From positions 59,064,788 through 59,128,787 of the forward strand of contig CM120640.1 in NCBI GenBank assembly GCA_051362555.1: DNA of 64,000 nt, read 5' to 3'. The position numbers and the translations under genes are program-made. Below the pieces are notes generated by a model. It was not told where the DNA came from. It did no database searches and saw nothing but the letters and a program-made list of their open reading frames with translations. This DNA comes from Lingula anatina (lineage: Eukaryota; Animalia; Brachiopoda). Below are positions 36,801 to 49,096 of this stretch, piece after piece. Positions within the stretch are counted from its first letter, which is position 1. Every line of letters starts with the position of its first letter.

Positions 36801-39800
36801 GAAGTTCCAGATGTTCAAATTTGATGAAATAATGTCATTTTTGACCACAAGTTGTCTGCTTTGCCAAGCCTTATGTTTTATTTTTCCGGAGTTCAAAATT
36901 TATTATCCATTACAGTACTGCACATTTTGTTTTCACCACCAATATGTGCCAGTATATGACTTCCTATTCAAGTTCAATAAAAACTATGGACCTATCCAGT
37001 TTTGGAGATAAAAGGGAAGCAAAATTTGCAAAGTTCAGTTCATGGTGAAAAGTAGGTCAAAGGTCAATTTCAAGGTCACAGTAAGATTGCCAGTATATGA
37101 CTTTCTATTCAAGTTCAATAGTAATTATGGACCTATCTCTGCCAGTTTTGGAGATAAAAGGGAACCAAAATTTGCAAAGTTCAATTCATGATAAAAAGTA
37201 GTTCAAAGGTCAATTTCAAGGTCACATTTAGATTGCCAGTATATGACTTCCTATTCAACTTCAATAGTAACTATGGACCTATCTCTGCCAGGTTTGGAGT
37301 TAAAAGAGAAAGAAATTAGCAGAGTTCAGTTCATGGTGAAAAGTAGGTCAAAGGTCAATTTCAAGGTCACATTTAGATTGCCAGTATATGACTTCCTATT
37401 CAACTTCAATAGTAACTATGGACCTATCTCTGCCAGTTTTGGAGATAAAAGGGAAGCAAAATTTCAAAGTTCAGTTCATGGTGAAAAGTAGGTCAAAGGT
37501 CAATTTCAAGGTCACATTTAGATTGCCAGTATATGACTTCATATTCAAGTTCAATAGAAACTATGGACCTATCTCTGCCAGTTTTGGAGATAAAAGGGAA
37601 GCAAAATTTGCAAAGTTCAGTTCATGGTGAAAATTAGGTCAAAGGTCAATTTCAAGGTCACATTTAGATTGCCAGTATATGACTTAATGTTATAATTTTG
37701 GAGTTACCTTAATGTGCCATAAATTTCCTACAGAAAAAATTAATTAAAATAAAGAAAAGGTCATTTTGGTCGAAATTCTTGAAATGGGAGGTGCTCTGAA
37801 GTTCCAGAAGTTCAAATTTGATTAAATAATGTCATTTTTGACCACAAGTTATCTGCTTTGCCAAGCCTTATGTTTTATTTTTCCAGAGTTCAAAATTTAT
37901 TATCCATTACCGTACTGCACATTTTGCTTTCACCACCAATATGTACTTTTTGATACAGCGTAGCTCGAAAACTGTATGGAATACAAAAAAACGGAGACCA
38001 CCTCCAGTGTTGGGCTTTACATGCTCTACAAAATGCAAAAAAGAATGGGTCTCTAGCATTAACGGTTCCCGAATTAGAGACAGTTTTCAGTTTCGGTATC
38101 TTATGGCCGCTACTCCCGTTAAAATGCACTGATTGACCCCAAATTCACGGAGATGAAAGATGACCTGAAGGGTATCATTTTCCAATAATATTATTGGTTA
38201 AGTCTGTGTGGTGTCTGAATAACAGCGCAAATAATTTTTTTTTCGTAAAAAAATTCATTTTTTTGAAAAATTTGGCCTGTTTGACCTTGAAATTAAGGTC
38301 AAAGGTCAAATCCAAGGGCATATTTGAAATCTACACATATGACTTTTGGAAAGCCGTCTGTAGAAATTTTTCCCATAATTCCTTCCGTAGGGTAGATAAT
38401 TAGCATTTAATTTTGCCATTTTTGGACAAGGGTGCATTGCAATGAATGCCACACCTAGACCCCAATACCGACAAAGCCCAAATTTTACGTGGAACGAGTT
38501 GAGATTATAGGTGACCTAAATCCAAGAGATGGGTATAGGGGCCCTTACCGTCTAGGAGGAGAAGCGGTAACGATGACATGGCGGCGGAGCCGGCGGAGCC
38601 GCAGGAGCCGGCGGAACGGACCGGACGGGACTAAAACCATGTGTACCGCCAGCGCTAACGCTGGTGGTACAATAACTAAATCAGATTAACACACCACCTC
38701 TTGGTGTTGTGTAGAATTCAGAAGACCTCGTGATCATACAAGTACGTTGGAAATATAAATATGCGTGATAATCTGTTAATCTGATTGCATTCAGTGGGAG
38801 TTCCTGTGGAGTTTGATCTACATAGAGTGATAGTTTATTTGGGAATGAGCCCTTTAATTGGACCATCATATACCAGTTAAATTCCTTTATTTGTAACTGT
38901 TCACTTTGTCTTGAATGGCACTAACCATTAAGAGTGTTTCTGATGGTTTACAACAAAAACAACTTATATTGGCTAACTGGAAATATCACAACATATGAGC
39001 ATTTAAGCATTGTATTCATAGCCTATTTTATAGTGGTGAATCAGTAAAGTATTGAATCTGTACCCTCTAACATGACAAAAGTCAATATTCACCGACAGCC
39101 TTGCAACACAATTTAAACAGAGCCAAAATGTCAAATGCACTGAGAGAGAGAGTAAGTAAGAGAGAGAGAGAGAAAGAGAGAGAGAGATCTTAACTCATCC
39201 ACATTAAAAAATTCCTGTTTGGGAAATGAGTGTTAGAAAAACCCATTGCGGAGTGGCTTTTTTCAGGAAATGAATGTTAGATAGTCCCTATGTGGAGTGG
39301 CATTTTTCAAGTCTTTTCTTTTCACATTTTATCTTTTAATTAGTTTTGCTCAAGGAGTCCTTTATTGTTAAAGTGATATGAAGCATGGCATTTACTCATG
39401 TATCATCTTGTGCTTTGTGTTTTTTAGGGTTTTTCAAGTTGATAAAGTGATATATTTATAATATGGGCATTGTTCATTGGTAACTTTTTGCTTATCTTTC
39501 ACTCAATCTGTTCTTTATTATTTGATGGAACAAGTCAACCTACGACAATTCAGGGAATTTTATTTCAATTAATCATTACACTGCATGTTAATTCAATCTC
39601 CTGTTGTTTTTTTTATTAATTGGTAAGTCTTGTCATTTGTAATGAACAAAAAAACTGGGCTTAAAGCAAAAACATGGGTTTGTTGCACTTTCTCAGAATA
39701 TCAGAAAGTATCTTTATACTTGGGGAAACAACTGCAAGAAGTTATTATGTACCATGTCGTGTCCGACAAAAAGATCAAAAAGATATTTTATGAGGTCATA

Positions 39801-42800
39801 TAATGTAACATGTTGTCGCCCAAGAGTTCTTGAGTAATGTGGCAGCTCCTTTGTACAACACCGATGTAAAGCAATTAACTCTGCAATTTTAAGTAATTAA
39901 CATTTTTAAGCACCATGCAATAGTGTGGATCCAGGAAAGATAAGAAACTGGAATATAAGCTTTCGGAATTTATACCTGGGAGGAGATTGGAAGAGAGCAG
40001 CTTTAGATGGGTGTGATTTTGGAGAGTTAAGAGTTGTAAACTTAGTTACCAAGCGCCCTTTAATTGGTCATTATGTGGACTTGGGTTTTTCTTTGTGCAG
40101 CCTTTCGTAAATCTGACAAAAACTGTGGAATCTTTGGATTGCATTACCCATTAAATAAGTTGATAATGTAATGTCCTATTTTGGGCCCACACTTGCATTA
40201 AGCATTCTAAAATTTCAAATTTTTTACACATATTTTATATGTGTAAAAAGGTTCATTACAACCATTAAATTCCAAAAATTACAACCAACAAATCACTACT
40301 TTCAATTAAATGTACGTACATTTTGTCCTTCAACAAAGCACAGCTGATCGTTTAGCCAATCAACTGTAACACTGCTTAGCCTGGCAGAACTGGTATATAT
40401 GACATCCACAGAATTGTCAATCAGAGACAATCTGCTCAGTGAATTAGTCTTATCAGAGAAGAAGGCTAACTGCTTCCAAACATGTACAGCAGCTCCTGAA
40501 ATATTACCAGTGAAATAATTAGAACATTATGATTAAGTCATGATTCTAATTTTTTAAAAAAAGGGTAAAGGGTAGACATACATACTTTTACATTTACACA
40601 ATTATTTATTGGAAAGAAGGGGCATTTCAAATATCTGAAATGAAAACTTCTTTTTCAAGCAAATGCCGTAAACAATTATGCTATGTGGGGTAAATAGAAC
40701 TAAGATAAATATAAATACCGAGTTGTTGGTTTTAAACAAATATTTTATAAAATACAGTAAATCTACATTGAGACAATCAATTATGACAACAATTTGGTAT
40801 ACAATAAAAATACAACCTGGCAACATCAATAGCAATTCTAAAACTAGATGGTGTTGATGGATAGTCATCACATATCCCCACACTTCCCCATGTAATAAAG
40901 AGTAGCTCACCCTCAGGGACCCCATTCCCTTGGTATCTACATGTATGACAAAGTCTGGGCCCTATATGTAAAACTGATGCAAATTATATTTATAATAGCA
41001 ATATCAAAAAGTATGATGGAAAATGCTTAATGTAAAAGAGAACCATCCACCAACCACCCAAGAACAGCCCAACCTGCACAAGGACATAAATTACGCTTGG
41101 CCCATCCACATCCCTGATGATGGGTCTAATCACTCCCAAAAAAGTTTTAACTTCCTCATTATAATGGTCTGGGAGGAGTAAGCAAAAATTACAAGGTGAA
41201 AACAATTAAAAATCAACCCCCACCCAGGGACAGCCCAATCTCTAGTTGTACTAAAATGGTGAAGTACACATCCCTGATGCTAGGTCTCTCAATCACCAAA
41301 ATTTTAACTTCCTTGACCTAATAGTCTAGGAGGAGTTAGCAAAAATTACAATGTGAAAAAAAAAATTAAAAATCAACTACCCCTCAGGAACAGCCAAACC
41401 CCTTGTACCACAATTCCCAAGTGCCCGTGCATCTATTAATCCTTGAAGTTTCCATTTCCTAATGCTTATGGTCTAGGAGGAGATGGCGGAAATTACTAAC
41501 GTACAGACGCATGTATTTGCTGATGGCGGGATAACATGATCCCTGACTTTTTCTCAAAAGTGCAGGGATAACAACCTACAAATGTCAAATTGGAAAAACT
41601 GCTGAAAAGGTAATGGGTAACCAGCCAGGAAAACATTCAGTGTCTTCTTATGCAGTTAATGTAAAGATACAAAACACTTATGAAATTAAAAGTATTAATT
41701 TTGTTAGTAAATCACCTGTGTGTTATCAATGCAGATGCATTAGGAATAATTTTCAAATAAAAAAAACACTCATGGAATTTTCCTTGTCCACAATTTTCCT
41801 TGTCCACAATTCTACCTTATCCACGATTAAAAACAAAGCAGAATACAAGCATCTACCAAGCAAAACTGAAAACTGTTAATCTACTTTGCCATCCCCTCTA
41901 AATACCTCTTACACAAAAAAAATCAGAATACACAGGATTTTAACAAGCCTAGGAGAGAGAAAACATGGCAACATCTGACCAAAAACTGTAAATTATTAAC
42001 ATGGCTTTCTACATTTAGTTAATAAAATTCACAGTTATATATAAATTAATAACCACAACCATCAACCCCCTCAAAAATATAAAATTCATGAGACCAATAC
42101 CTTATACACAGTAACCTCATATATTATGTTAAAACAAGGCAGCAAAGCTGTCAAATGTACAGACAAAAACAGAAAATAAAAATGCAGAAAATAGGTCATT
42201 TTGTCAATTTTGATGCAATAATAAATAATGCTTATAATAGCACAGTCAATCAACACTGAATTCTTATCATGCACAACAGGTAACATGGTCAATAACAGGA
42301 GCAGATCCAGAAATATTTTCTGACAATATGCCAAATTATCTTTGTTGATCCATCCTCCATTTTTGATGGTCTTCCAACAGAAAAAGATAGATACCCGTCA
42401 GTGTAAACTTTAAAATCTGACGGTCATCTGGAAGACCCAGAAGATGGTCTCAATCCGCCCCTGCAATAAGATTATAGTTTCAGGACCATGAGAGTTCAAA
42501 TTAACATAATGAAAATCCCAAAATTTGAAAGACAGTGCATAAAATAATATTACATAATGTTTAAAGTCCAATTTGCTCCATTCTGAGATTCTGAACATAG
42601 TGAATGATTGAATCTGAAAAACAGTAAAGATATGAGTTTATTTCCATTTTTGACACTTTATTACACAATACACAACGACAGGTTTACCATCATCTTTATA
42701 TAATCAACTAACAATATTGTTAAGATGCAGAAAATGTCAAAACAACACCTTTACATATCTAATTAGTTCAAAAATGTGACTGTTAACATGCCTAAGAAAT

Positions 42801-42822
42801 AAATCTGAGGAAGAAACATTTA

Positions 42823-42869
<47 letters not shown>

Positions 42870-45800
42870 CACGACAATTGGCCTATAGCTAACGATTTTC
42901 CTTGAAATGTGTTATCGGTGTTGCATATATATACTGAACAAAGGGAAAAAATGGCCCCATCATGCTGACTTTTGAACTTGACCTGCATATTATAAATATT
43001 CATCAGTATTGTAAGTTTCAAGCCAAAAGGTTAAATTGTTTTTCACTTATTGTGTTATTGGTGTTGCATATACTGTATGCTGAAAAAAGTGAAAAAACAG
43101 CGTAACTTCCATAAAAATAGTCCGATCATGCTGATTTTCAAACTTGACCTGCGTATTATGAATATTCATCTGTTCTGAAGTTTTAAGTCAAAAGGTAGCA
43201 AGCCTAAAATTATTCTTGTAAGTTTAAAATAATAAGTAACAGTTTTCTTTTCATAACGATTGCAGTAGCAGTGCACAGAGAAGATTTGTGTCAATTTTGA
43301 TGTAAAATTACATAATAAATTACAGAATAATTATGAGCAATTTTCATTATTGACTTTAAATAACATGGACATGTAGAAATTTTTATTACCATTCAGCTTT
43401 ATGCCCATGGGAGTTCTGAGTTCCACACTGAATATGCCAATATGATAAAAAAGAATGTTTCACTAAAATGTATAAGTTGCAGCCAAAGAAGTCAATTAGA
43501 CTGCTTTTCCAACTCGGGCTACATTTTAGACCTTTTTCTTTTTTTGGTTAGTTTGACAATCATAAGTAACATTGTTTTTTATAAGGGACATGATGGCAGC
43601 AGCGCCCAAAATTGGGTTTTCTTCAATTTAGATGCAATTCTACATAATGCTTAACAGCATAATGACTATCAATTTATAATAATAAAATATTAGTGGCATG
43701 GATATTCAGCAAATGTGACTGGCAAAGGTTTTCAAGCCCATGGAGGTTCAAAGGCACATCTTGAAAGTGGCATGTTGTATGTTCATAAAAAAACTGTGCA
43801 ACTTACAGGAAAATTAACCAAACAGACTGCATTGCCAATTGAAGTTGTATCTTTGGCCCATGTTTCTTTCTTGAAAGTTTGAGAACAGTAAGTGACATGG
43901 TTTTTCTCAAATGTAATATGGTGGCAGTGCTTAAAATAGGGCTTATTTAATTTTGATGCAATATTATGTAATGCTAAACAGCATAATGACTACCAATTTT
44001 TAAAGATAAAATATATGTAGCATGGATTATCAGAAAATGTGAGTGGCAAGGGTGGTCAGGCCCACAGAACTTCAAAGTCACACCTTGAAAATGCCAAAAA
44101 TGTAAATAAGAGAGAACTCGACTGAAATGGGTTTATTTCCTTTTTAACACCTTTTTTTTTACATAAAACAATTAATTTACTGTACTTTTATAATGATCAA
44201 CTAAGAAAATTGTTGAGATGTAGAAAATATCAATAGAACAATGTTAAATGTTCAATTTGCTCCATTCTGAGATTCTGAACATAGTAAATGATTAAATCTG
44301 ACAAACTGCAATGATTTGCTTTTTTTCCATTTTTGACACTTAATTACACAATAGATTAATACAGGTTTAACACCATTTTTATGTATTCAACTAAATATAT
44401 TGTAAAGATGAAAAATTTGTCAAAAGAACAGTTATACATATCTAATTAGTTCAATAATGAGACTGTAAACATGCCTAATAATTGAATCTGAGGTAAAAAC
44501 AAAACAAGGCATAACTGCATCAAAACAACCAATCAAGCTTATTTTCAAACTTGACCTGTATTTTAGTAAGATTAAGCACTCCTGTGAGTTTCATATCAGT
44601 AAGCCTATTGGTTTTCCTTGAAATGTGTTTACAGTGTTGTATATATGCTGAAGAGTGAAAAAACAGCATAACTGCTAAAATAATGGCTGGTCATGCTGAT
44701 TTTCGAACTTGACCTGCGTTTTATAAATATTCATCAGCTCTGTAAATATAAAGCCAAAAGGTAAAACTGTCTTCCACTTATCGTGTTTACGCTGAAAGTG
44801 CATGGCGACGGTGACGACAGACGCAGGTGACGGCAAAATGTACAGACACATCCGTGTCTGTACATAAAAATTACATTTAACTATGCAATGTGAACTTTAT
44901 TTGTAATCAAACTATAGAAAGCCCCACAACTTCAATTCAGTATACGTAAACAGTATTTGGAAACAAGCAATAACAGTAATCAAACAAAACATCTCCATGG
45001 AAATGGCAATGGCACAGCAACCCCAAACCACCGTTACCTTGGACCTCAGTGGAACTGTTATATATTATCTTGAGTCCTGGTGTAGCTAAGGAAAGAAATA
45101 GGACTTACATGCATTTCACATGCAGCAATATACTAAATTAAGTATAATGTGTGTATATACATTTGTATGGATCTGTAAAAACTGTATTATTCAAAATATG
45201 CAATTATCTCAAAATAAGATCTTACTCTTCCAGTAGTACTTCCTTGTTGTCCCAAATTTGGCTCAAAAATAGCCAGGGACAAAAAAAGTATGTCATTTTT
45301 AGAGCTTATCTTAAAGCAAAACATTTCTTAAGCACTTATGTCAAATGCAAAATCAAAACTCTATTCATACTGCTTCTACTCTAAAACTAAGAATCAATAT
45401 CAACACCTTCGTATCCATAAGCAATTTAACAACAGTTCAGTTTATGAAGCAACAGTAAAAAGCACTGCTTAGGAAAAGTTATCTTCATGGCAACAGAAAG
45501 GCTTTAAAGCAAGAGTAAATGAGATAAAAAAAATCCCCATGGGGTTTACTGTGATAGCATATCTAGCATCATTAATGGGCTCTGATCAATGATACACAGT
45601 TTTCTCCATGCCTTAGATTGCAATGATAATCAATTACCTATTTCATTTTTCCTCAAAGTGATGAATCGAAAAAATCTCTTTACAGGTCAAAAATTTTAGG
45701 GCCCTAGAGTATTACTGACGTTATATCTTACTATAGCAATTTTATCAAGAAAATGTGTAACAGTATATTTCAATCCTATGTTCTCCCTAGGAGTAATAAT

Positions 45801-48800
45801 ATCTTAAATTCTTATCTCTGAGGTGTATTTTTTCTTCAAAATGAACACTCTTGTCCTCTGCTGTTTGATTTCAACAAATCTTATTCTTTTTCAAATTGTT
45901 AAGCAGGGCAATGTGACTGTCAAAGGTAACTGCTTTTTAACATGGCCAGTAAACTGATCATGGATACATATACGTTTTTGTTTTTGAAAATTTGTCAGAT
46001 CTGACAAGTAAAAAAATATCTGATAATATCCCTCTTTTGTATATGTAGATATATCAGTGAACCATAATAGTAATTTTTTGTATAACATTTTACCTGTGAT
46101 ATCTGACCTGCCAGTTGTCATAATTTCAGGATCAGCGATGATATCCTGCATGTTTAATCTGTAGATGGTCTTTGCTGCACTGAATACCAGAAAGGGCGGA
46201 GAAGAGCTGTCATTTCCTGTAAAAATGAGAGTTATTAATGGGAATATTTTAAAGATAGAACCACTGGCAATAACCTATCTTAGTTGTAGCATATACTACA
46301 GGTAACTGTACTGAGCATCGTGCCTGGGAGAAAATTACTTTTAAAGACCAGGGAGATTAATAGCATGCAATTTCACATTACGTGAGAAATGAAAAATAAA
46401 GAAAAAACTAATGAAATCTGAAATCATTTCGAAAAAGCTGATTTTCTTCACTAAATGCTATTGACAATTCCCTTGAACAAGTAGTTGTGCAGGTTACTAC
46501 TAGCCCTTCTGTCCACTGACAATAAAGCTTGCAAATATACAAACACTTGATAGTAAAAAGTCATTCCCATTGCTACAATCAATAACCCATGCTGATTTTC
46601 TAAAAGGACCTGCCTTTTTACCAAACCAAACCACTTGGTAAATCTTAGGTAAAATAAGCACAGGATTCAAACTTCTGCGCATACACGTAAAATGTGCCGT
46701 TTGAAATAAACAAATGTTGAAATTAACAAACCCTGCCTGTGTTTACCATCTGATTGATTTGATTTAATTTGCTTTCTGGTGTCTTTTTGAGAGAGTATAT
46801 TGGAAATGTCCTGTTGATTGTATGTAGTAAAACTGAAATCCAGCAGACTTTCTTTAGAATAACATTTATTTCCATTGAATTCCCATTGTATTTATAATGT
46901 TATGTGTGGCCCAAGGGGATTTTCCACCCCTCCCCCACTCTTGATAAATAAAATGCTCAATGTGGCAGATTGAAAATGATATTGCAAAATGCATTAAAAT
47001 TTTTAGGGAGGTTAATTGCAGATCATGCTGCGAGAATATTTCAATGCGAGGGCAAAATTGGCCCATGTAATATTTTAACCTCTGCTTCCGTGTTTAGAGC
47101 GCCAGTTCTAATTTTCTGAAAGCGAGGCCATGGTACCAAACACTATGATACAATTTGTAATCTTGTAAAAATTGAGATTTTTTAATGAAGATCATAGCAT
47201 GGCATACATCAAAAGAGCTCTCAAATCAATATGTACATCATGGACAAAAGAGTAAAAGTAAACACCTGCCCCTTCATCTCCACAAAAATCAAGGTTTAAA
47301 CCAATTTTGCATAAAACAAGGACTCCCTTTGGCAACAGCTCAATCATAAATTTCCAACTAAAACACTTTCCAACCTTTTTAAGCAATGTGCATCATATCC
47401 TAAGCAATGATTATATGTGAACTTTAAAATTAAACTGAGTGATTTAAATATTGACCCTGAAATAATAATATGTTTAACTCTTAAAAGCAATATTTTTCAC
47501 CTAAACTTAACTAGTCACTTTTAACACCAACTGAAAACACAGGGGGTCATACAGAAGCCATTGCATACCACAGTCTTTGAAAACATTTGTGCTGAAAAAA
47601 ACTGACCAAATTTAAACACCATCATGTTTGCATCAGAACTAAAGAACCGAAGAAATGACACAAAGAAGAAATGAGCCAAATGACATTTGTAGGCATACCC
47701 AGTCCACTGGTGGTAATATTCCCATATACTGCAGGGCCCAATCCTTCCATGTTTACAGCAGCAATGCTCACAGAATACTGGGTACTTGGCTTCAGACTGG
47801 TAAAGGTACAGCTAGTTTGTAAGCCTATGTCCTTCGTGATGGTGTCTCTGTCTGGATTACTTAAGTCTGTGAGCTCTACATCATATCTGACCAATGGTCC
47901 ACTTGGAAACATGGGAGGTTGCCATGACACTTGGATAACAGTAGGAGATTCACCAGAAATGCTCGTCAACTTGGGTGGACTGGCAGGAACTATAATGTAA
48001 GTAGCAATATTAACATAATTTGTTGTATATATCTGTCAAATGAAGAATGAGGTTTCCTTCTGAAACATTTAGGATACACAGTGCTAAGTTGAGCAAGACA
48101 AACCATTTCCATCACAACTCAAGTGAGAACTGGTGATAATTGCAGTGCACCCTCACATTTTAAGCCCATGTGCATGATTTCCACCACTTCCCAATAATGT
48201 TTTTATTCATCTTCATTATACATACCCCCAAAAGGCAGTGTCTGGATGGCATAACTCTCTGGGGTTTCTAGAAGATGCCTGGGTGTGATCACAACCATGA
48301 CTTGAAACTAAAACAAACGAAGAAATATGTTTGATCACATGTTAATACATAAATACATGTGCATGCTTTCTCTAACAGGCTCAAACACATGAACACTTCA
48401 AAATGCAAATACACGCTCTCTCTCTCTCTCATAAAAACACCGACCATTATCAAACACACTGAAAAAGCTTTAAGAACCACTGCAGGATACCTTCTGTTTC
48501 TTTTCTCATTAAAATATCAAGTTTTTAACATACCACAAAACAAGACAGACTACATAATCAATAAGTTCTGATTAAATGTGTGTGTGCATGTACATACACA
48601 CATGCACGTACGCACGCATGCACACACACACACCACTAAATTGTTACATTATATCTTTAAGTTTTATCACAACAAGTACTCAAGACAAGCAGTGTCCAAA
48701 ATAACTCAAAGGAAATGTTCTACCAAGTACAACATATCTTTAATTCTGATAATAAGTCTAAAAGTACAAAACAGGCTCAGAGAAAATTCTTTAGTCAGCA

Positions 48801-49065
48801 CTGCTTTCTGGAATGTGTACCTTGTACTGTACATAGGGACGGAGATTTTTAACAAGCATGTTTTCATTTCCCAACTTCTCCACATTGTCAAAGTACTTCC
48901 AAGTGTCTGGAAACTGGGCAAACTTCCCCTGCAGATGGTATGTGAGGTTGTCAATTGGGGGTTCCCAGTGTAAGATCACAGATGAATGGCTTAAACCTCC
49001 AGGAACTAATGTAGGCTGTTTTAGGGCACCTAATGTAGCTACAAGAACAAGGGAGACATTTGAAC

Positions 49066-49096
<31 letters not shown>

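Noticed and set aside
36090-37685. Regular repeats and 64-82 aa ORFs that might suggest a CRISPR array or a repeat protein
   Set aside because: The whole ~146-bp unit repeats with no unique spacers, the context is eukaryotic with no cas genes, and the ORFs are by-products of the satellite.
48250-48310. gaagatgcctgg..gaaac resembling a hammerhead core
   Set aside because: It is the reverse strand of a ROS1 coding exon and the stems do not form.
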